From Methanosarcinales archaeon (lineage in GTDB: Bacteria > Omnitrophota > Gorgyraeia > Duberdicusellales > 4484-171), in contig JAIWAR010000002.1 of the NCBI GenBank assembly GCA_048634245.1, forward strand, positions 5,418 to 69,417: 64,000 nucleotides of DNA, written 5' to 3'. A model generated the notes under the pieces. The model searched no databases. It was given only the letters and a program-made list of their open reading frames with translations, and was not told the origin of the DNA. Below, one piece after another: positions 48,148 to 57,686 of the stretch. How positions within the stretch are numbered: the first letter of the stretch is position 1; each line of letters begins with the position of its first letter. The position numbers and the translations under genes were made by a program.

Positions 48148-49486
48148 GAAGCACCTCGGCTAAAGTATTAACAAAATTATCGATATCTTCCTTACTTTTT
48201 TTCTCGGTGCAACAGCTTAAAATACCGTTTTTATGCTGAGAGAACTTATCCCCCAGATAGTAACCGATAATAATATTCCGCTTGTAAAGTTCATCCTTTA
48301 CCCTCCAGGCATCTTCAGTCTCCCAGACAAATTCATTAAAGACTTGAGGCAGGTAGGGAATTTTCACCCCTCTTACTTGCTTTAGGCGCCGGTAAAGGTA
48401 TTGAGTATTATTTAAGGAATATAAAGCCGCCTCTTTTAACCCCTCTCTCCCCACCAGAGAAAGATAGATTGCCGCCGTTATCGCACATAAAGATTGATTG
48501 GAGCAAATATTGCTGGTGGCTTTTTCTCTTCTTATATGCTGCTCGCGAGTCTGAAGGGTAAGACAAAAGGCATCTTTCCCTTCTGAATCCTTAGTCTTAC
48601 CTACAATCCTTCCCGGCATCTGCCGTAAGTAATCTTTGCGGGCGGTTAAAAAACCAAAGGATGATCCGCCAAGGCCTAAACTCCCCCCTAAAGGCTGCCC
48701 GTCGCCACAAACAATATCCATACCTAAGGAGCCCGGCTCTTTAAAAAGTGCTAACGATAAAGGATTGGTAATCATAACGGTTAAAGCACCCTTAGCGCTT
48801 GCTATTGCCGCTAAATCTTCGGCATTTTCAATAAGGCCAAAAAAATTAGGGCTTGAAAACGCGCAAACCGCTGTATCCTCATTTAAGGTTCGCTCTAAAG
48901 CCTCCCTATTCACTAAGCCATTATCTCTTAAGCTTACCTCTTCAATAATAAAATCAAATCCGGCTAAGTAAGTGTAGAGTGTTTTTCTGTATTCGGGATG
49001 AATCACGCCGGCAAGAATAATCTTTCGGCGTTTAGTTATCCGCAAACTCATAAGCACAGCTTCAGCAAAAGAAGACGCGCCGTCAAGCATGGAGGCATTA
49101 GAAACATCCATACCGGTCAAAAGACACAAAAAACTTTGATACTCGTATATAGTCTGCAGTATCCCCTGAGAACACTCCGCTTGATAAGGAGTGTAAGCAG
49201 TTACAAACTGGGAACGGGAAAGGATAAACGACAGGGCTGCCGGGATATAATGGTCATAGCACCCGGCCCCTAAAAAGGAGTTAAGCTTATTTACTGTAGT
49301 ATTCTGCTCAGAAAGCCCTTTTACCGCCTTCCTTACTTCTTGCTCACTACAACCCTTAGGTATATTAAGAGGGTTGCCTAATCTTATCCTTGAAGGAATC
49401 GAAGAATAAAGCTTATCTATAGAGCTTACCCCTACAACTTTAAGCATCTTCCTGAGGTCTTCGTCAGTATTTAAAATATATGGCAT
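48140..49486 (-). CDS. gcvPA: Glycine dehydrogenase (decarboxylating) subunit 1
   Basis: Conserved P-protein N-terminal subunit pattern; overlaps gcvPB by 8 bp. Confidence 0.9.
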   Translation of the reverse strand: MPYILNTDEDLRKMLKVVGVSSIDKLYSSIPSRIRLGNPLNIPKGCSEQEVRKAVKGLSEQNTTVNKLNSFLGAGCYDHYIPAALSFILSRSQFVTAYTPYQAECSQGILQTIYEYQSFLCLLTGMDVSNASMLDGASSFAEAVLMSLRITKRRKIILAGVIHPEYRKTLYTYLAGFDFIIEEVSLRDNGLVNREALERTLNEDTAVCAFSSPNFFGLIENAEDLAAIASAKGALTVMITNPLSLALFKEPGSLGMDIVCGDGQPLGGSLGLGGSSFGFLTARKDYLRQMPGRIVGKTKDSEGKDAFCLTLQTREQHIRREKATSNICSNQSLCAITAAIYLSLVGREGLKEAALYSLNNTQYLYRRLKQVRGVKIPYLPQVFNEFVWETEDAWRVKDELYKRNIIIGYYLGDKFSQHKNGILSCCTEKKSKEDIDNFVNTLAEVLHG

Positions 49487-49505
49487 TGTTTTAACACTTA
49501 TTTAA

Positions 49506-49886
49506 TTATTTTTTCTCTTTCCCGATAAACTCTTCGTAAGCAGCTTCATCCATAAGATTATCTAACTCTACTTGATTCTCAATTTTAATTTTTGCTATCC
49601 AGCCTTGATCCAACGGAGACTCATTTATCCATTGAGGATTATTGCCTAGCTCATCGTTTGCTTGAATCACCTCGCCGCTTATAGGAGCATATAATTCACT
49701 TGCCGCTTTTGTAGACTCAATAGTTCCCAGCTGAGATAATTGTTTTATTCTTTCCCCAACTTTAGGCAGTTCAATGAAAACTATATCTCCTAACTGTCCC
49801 TGGGCATAATCAGTTATTCCTGTAGTGACTACATCGCCTTCAATCCTTATCCATTCATGAGATTTGGTAAATTTTAAGTCTGCCAT
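49506..49886 (-). CDS. gcvH: Glycine cleavage system H protein
   Basis: Lipoyl-lysine motif ESTKAAS. Confidence 0.9.
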   Translation of the reverse strand: MADLKFTKSHEWIRIEGDVVTTGITDYAQGQLGDIVFIELPKVGERIKQLSQLGTIESTKAASELYAPISGEVIQANDELGNNPQWINESPLDQGWIAKIKIENQVELDNLMDEAAYEEFIGKEKK

Positions 49887-50987
49887 TTAAACCCTCCGCC
49901 CCTTTGTTCTAATATCTACAAAGGAAAATTTAGTCACCTCTGCTCTATATAATTTACTTCTTACCTCTAAGCTAACTTCTAAACCATATTTAGCATATTC
50001 TTTTTCAACATAAGCCATGCCGATGAATTTATCTATATTCGGTGAATATGTCCCGCTGGATACTTTGCCAATCACACTCCCCTCTGAACATAAAAGATAC
50101 CCTTGCCGGGGAACAGCGCGTTCCCGCATAATAAGCCCTATTCTCTTCTTTTTCAAACCTTCATCTTTTACTTTAAGAAGCTCTTTTTTACCGATAAAAT
50201 CTTTATTTAGCTTAACCGCCCAATCTAAACAAGCCTCATAGGGGTTAATGGTATCATCTATCTCGTGGCCGTATAAAGGATAACCGGCCTCGATTCGCAA
50301 GATATCCCGAGAGCCTAAACCGCAAGGCTTAAGCCCAAACTCCTTTCCCGATTCAGTTAGCCTATCCCACCACTGGATACCGCCTTCCCAGGGAAGATAT
50401 ATTTCAAATCCGTCTTCTCCGGTATAACCGCTACGGGAGATAATAATTTCCTGATCTCCTGCTTTCACCTTCTTAAAAGACAGGTATTTGAGCTTGGATT
50501 CTTCAAGCCCAAAAACCCTCTTTATGACTTCAGCAGAATAAGGCCCTTGAATAGATATAAGAGCTAAATTCCTGCTTCGATCAATTATCTCTACTTCAGG
50601 TTGAATATTCTCCTCAAACCACTTAAGCACCTTATCCTTGTTAGAAGCATTTACCACGCATAGAAAAGCTTCCTCTTGACGATAAACCATTAAATCATCG
50701 ATAATACCCCCGGATTCATTTAGAAAAAGATTATACTGCATCCGTCCAATATCAATCGTTGAGATATCATTAGAGGCAAGCTTTTGCAAAAAAGAAAAAG
50801 CCCTTTTTCCTTTTACTTCTATCTCCCCCATATGAGAAGCATCAAAAATACCACAGGCTAAACGAACAGCTTTAGCTTCGGCCAGCATACTCTTATATTC
50901 AGAAGGAAGGGCCCAGCCGGAAAAATCAACGATTCGTCCCTTATCTTGAAGATGCTTTTGATAAAAAGGGGTTTTTTTTAACTCCAT
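49887..50987 (-). CDS. gcvT: Aminomethyltransferase (glycine cleavage T protein)
   Basis: Typical GcvT length and motifs. Confidence 0.9.
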   Translation of the reverse strand: MELKKTPFYQKHLQDKGRIVDFSGWALPSEYKSMLAEAKAVRLACGIFDASHMGEIEVKGKRAFSFLQKLASNDISTIDIGRMQYNLFLNESGGIIDDLMVYRQEEAFLCVVNASNKDKVLKWFEENIQPEVEIIDRSRNLALISIQGPYSAEVIKRVFGLEESKLKYLSFKKVKAGDQEIIISRSGYTGEDGFEIYLPWEGGIQWWDRLTESGKEFGLKPCGLGSRDILRIEAGYPLYGHEIDDTINPYEACLDWAVKLNKDFIGKKELLKVKDEGLKKKRIGLIMRERAVPRQGYLLCSEGSVIGKVSSGTYSPNIDKFIGMAYVEKEYAKYGLEVSLEVRSKLYRAEVTKFSFVDIRTKGRRV

Positions 50988-50988
50988 C

Positions 50989-51228
50989 TTAAGCGCACTT
51001 TGCTATCTGAATTACCTTATTTCTCTGCTTATCACCTTTAACAATAGTAATATTATATTTCTTGGTTTTGTAATAGCCCGCAAGCACTTTTATTAATTCT
51101 TTATTTGCTCTGCCTTGGGCCGCCGGTGAATTAAGGTACACCTTTAAACCTTGGAGAGAGGCTTCGATTTTTACTTTCTTAGCCCGGGTAACCACCCTCA
51201 CTTCAACTTTCACTATCTTTAACTTCAA
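50989..51228 (-). CDS. DUF167 (YggU/UPF0235) family protein
   Basis: GRANKELIKVLAGYY...VKGDKQRNK pattern. Confidence 0.55.
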   Translation of the reverse strand: MKLKIVKVEVRVVTRAKKVKIEASLQGLKVYLNSPAAQGRANKELIKVLAGYYKTKKYNITIVKGDKQRNKVIQIAKCA

Positions 51229-52069
51229 TGGTATGCAGTTTAGAAGAAATCTTCTCTATCTTTCCGGTTAAATCATCGTACCTTGAACTTGCACTTCTTA
51301 TATGGGTACCTAAAATCGTGTAATCGCGCGTAAAAACAGCTACATCCTTTTCCAGCCGCTTTAAGTTATCGTAAATCTGCCGGGCTTTCTTCTCTACTTT
51401 TATTGCCTGAAAACCGATAAGAATAGTCTTTAGATACGCGTATAGGGTATTCGGCCCGACGATAAATACTTTTTTCTGATGAGCAAATTCTAAAAGTTGA
51501 GTCTCAGTAATGATAAAATAGTAAACTGCCTCTGAAGGAACATACATCAAGGCAAAATCACTTGTCCCTTCATCAGGATAAATATAAGCGGCTGCCTCAG
51601 CGATTCTCTTCTTCATGCTCTCCAGACAAAGCCGATATTGAGCCTTTTTCTCCGGTTGTGCGGCGTCAAGGTAATTCTTAAAAGCTTCCACAGAAAACTT
51701 CGCATCAATAGGTACAATTACCTCAGGAAGCTTAATAACAAAATCTACCCGCTTACCGTCCTTAAACCCATATTGAGATACAACCACCTCTTTCGGTAAA
51801 ATATCTTTAAGCAAGTTCTCTAAAATACTTTCTCCAAAAATACCTCTGGCTTTGGTAGGTTTTAAGATATCGTGGAAAGATTTAGTGAGCTGTAAAATTT
51901 CCTGGCTCCCCCGGTCTAAGCCACCTATTCTCTCGCAAATTTTAGAAAGCCCTTCAGCTACCGTTCTCTGAGAATTAAGAAAATTACTCTCTTTTCCTGA
52001 TTTAAAAATAAGGATAAAAAGGATAATAAGAATTACTGCCAGTATTATAAAAAGAAGATAGGTTATCAT
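51203..52069 (-). CDS. rmuC: DNA recombination protein RmuC family
   Basis: N-terminal TM plus coiled-coil, then a C-terminal ...ALMYVPSEAVYY RmuC motif. Confidence 0.7.
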   Translation of the reverse strand: MITYLLFIILAVILIILFILIFKSGKESNFLNSQRTVAEGLSKICERIGGLDRGSQEILQLTKSFHDILKPTKARGIFGESILENLLKDILPKEVVVSQYGFKDGKRVDFVIKLPEVIVPIDAKFSVEAFKNYLDAAQPEKKAQYRLCLESMKKRIAEAAAYIYPDEGTSDFALMYVPSEAVYYFIITETQLLEFAHQKKVFIVGPNTLYAYLKTILIGFQAIKVEKKARQIYDNLKRLEKDVAVFTRDYTILGTHIRSASSRYDDLTGKIEKISSKLHTIEVKDSES

Positions 52070-52166
52070 ATGTGTAGGGAGCAGGCATTGCTTGTGCCCG
52101 TCAGGGTATGCCGTCTGTTATTTAATATTTTTATTAACGGGCCGGTCATAACCGGCCCCTACTATA

Positions 52167-52751
52167 TCATCTAAATTGATAATTTATCAATTTATAGATG
52201 TCTTTAGCCTCGGGCATCCTCCCCTCTCCATGAACACCACAGGCTAGCTCGCCCTTCCGGGGAAGCATGATAAGATATTTTTTTATTCCTCTCAACTTCT
52301 TTACATTCTCGTGAATTAGGGGATTCCGCCACATATTCTCGTTCATAGCCGGAGCTAACAGAACTTTTGTATCCGCGTTTAATGCTGATACAACTGTGGT
52401 AAGAAGATTGTCGCAAATACCAGCTGCAATCTTGGAAAGAGTATTAGCCGAAAGAGGAGCAATTACGCAAAGATGAGCCCATTGAGAGAGGCTTATATGT
52501 TGAATATTCTCCTCTTTTATTAACCTAAACATATCTACATATACCGGATTCTGCGAAAGCTCTTGAAAAGCCAGGGGGGAAATGAACTTTGTTGCAGCTT
52601 CAGTCATCATTACTTTGACCAAGTACCCATTTTTAATAAGCAAACGAACTAATTCGCAAGTTTTGTAGCAGGCGATTCCTCCGGTTACTCCCAGCAAAAT
52701 ATTCTTGCCCCCTGACGGGCACAGGTTCTCTCTATATTTTTTCTTTTCCAT
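52167..52751 (-). CDS. coaC: Phosphopantothenoylcysteine decarboxylase flavoprotein (stand-alone CoaC)
   Basis: ILLGVTGGIACYK flavoprotein motif. Confidence 0.75.
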   Translation of the reverse strand: MEKKKYRENLCPSGGKNILLGVTGGIACYKTCELVRLLIKNGYLVKVMMTEAATKFISPLAFQELSQNPVYVDMFRLIKEENIQHISLSQWAHLCVIAPLSANTLSKIAAGICDNLLTTVVSALNADTKVLLAPAMNENMWRNPLIHENVKKLRGIKKYLIMLPRKGELACGVHGEGRMPEAKDIYKLINYQFR

Positions 52752-52818
52752 AGATAGGCTCTATTGTAATCTAAGTCTCCTTAATTGTAAACCCCAAAAG
52801 TTACGATTAAAGGCCTTT

Positions 52819-53445
52819 TTATTGTGATTTAGCTCTAAAACGAACAATCTTGCTTAAAGCCCCAAGAAGCATGTTTTTAGATTCTAAGGGAATAATCTCT
52901 TTGTCTCTATTGATTATAAATCCTTTATATCCGGTTTTCATATCGCTAAGAGCATTGGCAACCACGAAATCACTCTTATTCGCCTTTAGGCTCTTATAGG
53001 CTTTTTTTATAATTCCCTGCTGTTTTGGTTCTAACTTAAATTGGATAAGCAAAGAATTCGGAGCTTTGGCCCGTATCTGTTTTATAATTTTCTCGGTAGG
53101 GACTAATTTTAAGGCCATGGGCTTACCTGAGGAAATCTTCCCTTTTTGAGGAGACTTTATCTTATAATCACTAATTGCGGCACTATGAATAATTACATCA
53201 TAGCGTTGCTTTTTCATTACTCTGGTAAGTTCTTTCTTAAACTCTTCAAAATACCGGTAAAAAATGACCTTTAAACCCCTTATCTTGCCTAAACAATGGG
53301 GGTTTATAAGAAGAGTAACTGAATGGCCTTTTCTCTTTAGCCCTTTAGCCAGATACAGGCCGGTCTTACCGGTAAAACGGTTGGTAAGTATGCGAACATC
53401 ATCAATTTTAGCCCAGGTGGAACCCGCGGTAATTAGTATTTTCAC
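52819..53445 (-). CDS. coaB: Phosphopantothenate--cysteine ligase (stand-alone CoaB)
   Basis: ITAGSTWAKIDDVRILTNRFTGKTG motif. Confidence 0.75.
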   Translation of the reverse strand: MKILITAGSTWAKIDDVRILTNRFTGKTGLYLAKGLKRKGHSVTLLINPHCLGKIRGLKVIFYRYFEEFKKELTRVMKKQRYDVIIHSAAISDYKIKSPQKGKISSGKPMALKLVPTEKIIKQIRAKAPNSLLIQFKLEPKQQGIIKKAYKSLKANKSDFVVANALSDMKTGYKGFIINRDKEIIPLESKNMLLGALSKIVRFRAKSQ

Positions 53446-55305
53446 TCAAAGCTCTCTTTTTCTTGTCGAAGATAGAATCAGCATCTTTAAAGCTTTTTTA
53501 TCCTTCATCCGCATCCAATTTTTATAAAAACTGTTCTCACGCACAATCTGGGCAATTGCCATTAATACTCTTAAATGAAAATTCCGCTCATCTATGGAAC
53601 CGGCGAGGACAAAAATAATCTGTACCGGATCTTCCCGGGGTGAGAATACTATTCCCTTGCGGGCCCGCACAAGCATAATTTCAAACTTATTTCTACCGGG
53701 AACAATAATATGAGGAATAGCCAAGCCCTTCTCAATCACCGTATCGGACTCCTCCTCTCTCCTAATTAACAACCCCTTAACCTGCTCGGGGCTAATTCCC
53801 AAACGCGAAGAAAGCATCTCAGATATAAGCGTAAAAAAATCATCCCGATTCATCTCTTCTCCTAAGTCTAAAACAGGAGAATTCTCTACCAGACGATCAA
53901 ATCTATCTTTTACTATTTTATCCCGTTCATGAAGGATTTCTTTTAATTCATCTTCTAAGGAAGTATCTACAAATTCTTTTGCCGTAACCCTTTCTACCAG
54001 GTGCATAAGCGCGGAATACCTCTTTATCTTGCTAACACTTAATCTAAAACAGATAAAACTAGCTCCGATAAAAAAGATACTTATAAATAGCGGTATCTTA
54101 CCCATCTTGAAAATTAAAACACTATAAATAATAACTGCAAAAATCTGAACCCAGGGATAAAACGGAGATTTAAAAGTGGGACGGTAATTTATAACCTTGC
54201 TTTCCCTCATTATAATAACTGAGAGGTTAACAAATATAAAAAGAAGAATCATAAGCGTCGAGGCTGTCTTTACCAAATCCTCGAGATCTAAAAAAAGTAT
54301 TAATACCAGCATAAACAAACCGGTAAAGATTATAGAAAAATAGGGAGTCCGGGACTTCTTGGAAACAAATGAAAATCGGGAAGGAAGTAAATCATCCTTA
54401 GCCATAGCCAGGGGTATGCGGGAAGAAGAAAGTATACCGGCATTAGCTGTGCTAATAAAAGCGGTTAAGGCGGCTAAAGAAATAATAATACCAAAACCTA
54501 TACCGCCCAATTTTAAGGCACCTTGAGTTAAGGGGGTAAAGGTAGAAGTTATTGCCTCAGACGGTAAAATACCAATAGTAACCCCGACACAAAGACAGTA
54601 AAGCACCTGAACAACAAAAAAAGATAAAAACATCCCCAGAGGAATAGTCAGAGAAGGGTTTTCGGTGTCTTCGGCAATAGAAGCAACTTTGGTAAGCCCG
54701 CCATAGGAGATAAAGACCATTCCTATTACTGACAATAAAGAACCTGTTCCTTTAGAAAAAAAAGGCTGAAAATTTTGCCAGGATATCTCCCTTATTCCCA
54801 GAATAATGTAGGTAATACAAGATAAAACAAGAAAGGTAACCATCAGGTTTTGAATACGAGCTGTAAGTTTAACGCTGAAAATATTTATTAATACAAAAAC
54901 TATACAAAATAATGACGCAATAAGTTTTACAAGAAAATACAACTGAGGGCCGCTTACAGAAGGAAGAAAATACTCCAAGAACACCCCTATACCTATCAAA
55001 GCAAAAGCGCTCTTTAGGCTAAGAGAAAACCAGCCGGCTAACCCCCCAAATATTCCCAGCAAAGGCCCAAAGCTTCGTTCAATGAAAAAATAGGTTCCCC
55101 CAGCCTTAGGCATCGCGCTTAAAAGTTCTGATTTGCTGAAAATAGAGGGAATCATCAAGATCCCGGCTAAAAAGTAAGCTAGGATAATCGAAGGCCCGCT
55201 ATATTTATATACGACAGCCGGAAGGATAAACAAACCCGAGGAAATCATAGTCCCGCTGGCCAAACAGAAAATATCCCAAAGATTAAGCTTTTGTACCGGC
55301 TTCAT
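53446..55305 (-). CDS. APC-superfamily amino-acid permease fused to a C-terminal PTS EIIA(Ntr)/fructose-type regulatory domain
   Basis: 12-TM APC core. The C-terminal 150 aa, ...IEKGLAIPHIIVPG...IIFVLAGS, are an EIIA type 2 pattern with a conserved His. Confidence 0.65.
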   Translation of the reverse strand: MKPVQKLNLWDIFCLASGTMISSGLFILPAVVYKYSGPSIILAYFLAGILMIPSIFSKSELLSAMPKAGGTYFFIERSFGPLLGIFGGLAGWFSLSLKSAFALIGIGVFLEYFLPSVSGPQLYFLVKLIASLFCIVFVLINIFSVKLTARIQNLMVTFLVLSCITYIILGIREISWQNFQPFFSKGTGSLLSVIGMVFISYGGLTKVASIAEDTENPSLTIPLGMFLSFFVVQVLYCLCVGVTIGILPSEAITSTFTPLTQGALKLGGIGFGIIISLAALTAFISTANAGILSSSRIPLAMAKDDLLPSRFSFVSKKSRTPYFSIIFTGLFMLVLILFLDLEDLVKTASTLMILLFIFVNLSVIIMRESKVINYRPTFKSPFYPWVQIFAVIIYSVLIFKMGKIPLFISIFFIGASFICFRLSVSKIKRYSALMHLVERVTAKEFVDTSLEDELKEILHERDKIVKDRFDRLVENSPVLDLGEEMNRDDFFTLISEMLSSRLGISPEQVKGLLIRREEESDTVIEKGLAIPHIIVPGRNKFEIMLVRARKGIVFSPREDPVQIIFVLAGSIDERNFHLRVLMAIAQIVRENSFYKNWMRMKDKKALKMLILSSTRKREL

Positions 55306-55353
55306 ACTTAAAAATCATACCATAGCCGAGGATAAACCTCAACCAAAAGGACT

Positions 55354-57354
55354 TCACTCGGTGAGTTTTTGGAAATCCTTTTCATGAATAATAGTCACTC
55401 CTAATTTTTTAGCCTTGCTGTATTTTGAACCGGGATTCTTCCCCGCTACCAAAAAATCTGTGTTTTTACTAACTGCCGCCATGGGCCTGCCGCCTAAGGC
55501 CTCTACAATACTTTTAGCCTGAAAACGAGAAAAAGAAGCCAACTCACCGGTAAAGACAAAACTTTTTCCCGCTATCTTGCTCTTTTTGACTACCCTTTTA
55601 TTCTGCCTTAAATTAACCCCTATTTTTTTGAAACTCTTAATCATCTTCCTGGTGCTTTTGGATGAAAAAAACTTCACGATTGATAAAGCCATAACCGGGC
55701 CTATTTCAGGAATCTCCTCCAAATCAGTTTTTTTTAACCTAAGAAGATGATCAATACTGCCAAAATGCTCAGCCAATAACATAGCCGCTTTCTCACCCAC
55801 ATGTTTTATCCCCAATCCAAAGAGAAAACGTGAAAAAGGCCGCTTTTTACTCTCTTCGATTGCGCTCACTAAATTGCTTGCCCGTTTCTCCTTAAAAAGA
55901 GGGAGCTTAAGAAAATCATCTTTTTTCAAATGATACACATCGACCAGGCTTATAACCAACTTACGATTAGCCAGCTCCTCCACCAAACTTTCGCCCATTC
56001 CTTCAATATCCATTGCCCCACGATGAGCAAAATGAATAAGTGAACGTTTAAGTTGAGCCGGACAATCAAGGTTAAGGCAATACCAATAAACCTCCCCGGC
56101 CTCTTTAGCCACATTACCGCCGCACTCCGGACAATGCTTAGGCACCTTGGCCTCTTTTTCTTTACCGCAGCGTTTAGATGTTATTACTTTTACTACTTTG
56201 GGAATTACCTCACCAGCCCTCTCAATTAAAACCGTATCCCCCTCTCTTACATCAAGCCGCTTTAATTCATCAAAATTATGCAGCGTGGTTCGGGATATTG
56301 TAACTCCCCCGCACACGACCGGCTCTAATACCGCTACTGGAGTAATAATCCCTGTCCGGCCTACCCCAAACTCAATCTTTTTTATCTTAGTCGTTGCCTG
56401 ATGAGCCGGAAATTTATAAGCAACGGCCCAACGCGGACTCTTACGGGTCGCTCCCAGCTCTTTCTGCAAACTAAAAGAGTTAACTTTTACCACTACGCCA
56501 TCAACTTCATAATCTAGGGTTTCGCGCCTCTGTTCCCAGTAAAGACAATAATCAATAACTTCTTTTAAGTTTTTACAATATTTATTATACGGATTAAGGC
56601 AAAACCCCCAACCACCCGCCTTAGTTAAAAATTCCTTCTGAGAAGAAAAGCTATAAGCAGGGATACTTCCGAAGGAATGAACAAAACATTTTAAATTCCG
56701 CCTAGCCGTTAAAGAAGGGTCAAGCAACTTCAAAGAACCGCTAGCGGCATTCCGGGGATTAGCAAAAGGGGCCTCTCCCGTATTAAGCCTTTTTTTGTTT
56801 ATTTTCCCAAAATCCTTCTTACCTAAATATATCTCTCCTCTGACCTCGATTAATTTAGGTATTTCCTTACTCATTAGCTTAAGCGGTATCGTCTTAATAG
56901 TTTTTAAGTTAGCAGTAACATCTTCGCCTCTCTCCCCGTCCCCCCGGGTAGCACCTACCAAAAACCTTCCATCCTCATAGGTTAAGGCTGCACTCACTCC
57001 GTCCATCTTTAATTCCACAACATAAGTCAGCCTAACATCATTCTTTAATGTCCGCTTAATCTTTTTCTCCCAGCTTTTTAGCTCCTCAACAGAATAAGTA
57101 TTATCTAAAGACAACATCCTTTTTTTATGTTCTATAGTGGGAAAACTCTCCAAGAGCCCACCCCAAACCCGCTGGGTAGGAGACTCAGGATTAATAAACT
57201 GAGGATGCTTCTTCTCCAAGTCCTTTAAACTCTTAAAAAGAACATCATACTCTTTATCGGAGATTTCCGGCTCACTTAATGCATAGTAACAGTAATCAGC
57301 ATGACGAATCTTTTCTTTTAATTCTTCTATCTCTTTTTTTGCTTTTTCCTTCAT
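55354..57354 (-). CDS. ligA: NAD-dependent DNA ligase
   Basis: KMDGVS adenylation Lys motif, Zn-finger CPECGG, HhH and BRCT regions. Confidence 0.9.
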   Translation of the reverse strand: MKEKAKKEIEELKEKIRHADYCYYALSEPEISDKEYDVLFKSLKDLEKKHPQFINPESPTQRVWGGLLESFPTIEHKKRMLSLDNTYSVEELKSWEKKIKRTLKNDVRLTYVVELKMDGVSAALTYEDGRFLVGATRGDGERGEDVTANLKTIKTIPLKLMSKEIPKLIEVRGEIYLGKKDFGKINKKRLNTGEAPFANPRNAASGSLKLLDPSLTARRNLKCFVHSFGSIPAYSFSSQKEFLTKAGGWGFCLNPYNKYCKNLKEVIDYCLYWEQRRETLDYEVDGVVVKVNSFSLQKELGATRKSPRWAVAYKFPAHQATTKIKKIEFGVGRTGIITPVAVLEPVVCGGVTISRTTLHNFDELKRLDVREGDTVLIERAGEVIPKVVKVITSKRCGKEKEAKVPKHCPECGGNVAKEAGEVYWYCLNLDCPAQLKRSLIHFAHRGAMDIEGMGESLVEELANRKLVISLVDVYHLKKDDFLKLPLFKEKRASNLVSAIEESKKRPFSRFLFGLGIKHVGEKAAMLLAEHFGSIDHLLRLKKTDLEEIPEIGPVMALSIVKFFSSKSTRKMIKSFKKIGVNLRQNKRVVKKSKIAGKSFVFTGELASFSRFQAKSIVEALGGRPMAAVSKNTDFLVAGKNPGSKYSKAKKLGVTIIHEKDFQKLTE

Positions 57355-57387
57355 CTTTTTCCCAAATCATTACCCTTCATAAAACGC

Positions 57388-57669
57388 TTAATAAGAGTCA
57401 AATTTTATCTGAAAACTATTGCAATCTTCCGATGGCTCTTTCTCCTGAAGCTGAAAATCAGCAATGTACTTCTTAAAACTCTTCCTCAAGTCATAAAGGA
57501 ACCTATCTAAATCTTTTTGTGAACCTTGAGCTACCAGTTTAACTCTACCATCGGAAAGATTCATTACCCAGCCTTTTATTCTATGCTTATCAGCTAAGTA
57601 TCTGGCGGTAAATCGGAACCCTACTCCCTGGACCATCCCTGAAAAAAAAGCTTCAATACCCTTATCCAT
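57388..57669 (-). CDS. acyP: Acylphosphatase
   Basis: SGMVQGVGFRFTA and GWVMNLSDGRV motifs. Confidence 0.8.
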   Translation of the reverse strand: MDKGIEAFFSGMVQGVGFRFTARYLADKHRIKGWVMNLSDGRVKLVAQGSQKDLDRFLYDLRKSFKKYIADFQLQEKEPSEDCNSFQIKFDSY

Positions 57670-57686
57670 CTTTAGAAAAACAGGCT

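Noticed and set aside
52138-52160. GC-rich hairpin gggccggtcataaccggccc as the coaC intrinsic terminator
   Set aside because: No U-tract follows on the minus strand. It may be a stable stem or a Rho-dependent site, and is too uncertain to call.
52204-52416. 70-aa minus-strand ORF inside coaC in another frame
   Set aside because: It is an alternative frame of a conserved flavoprotein gene.
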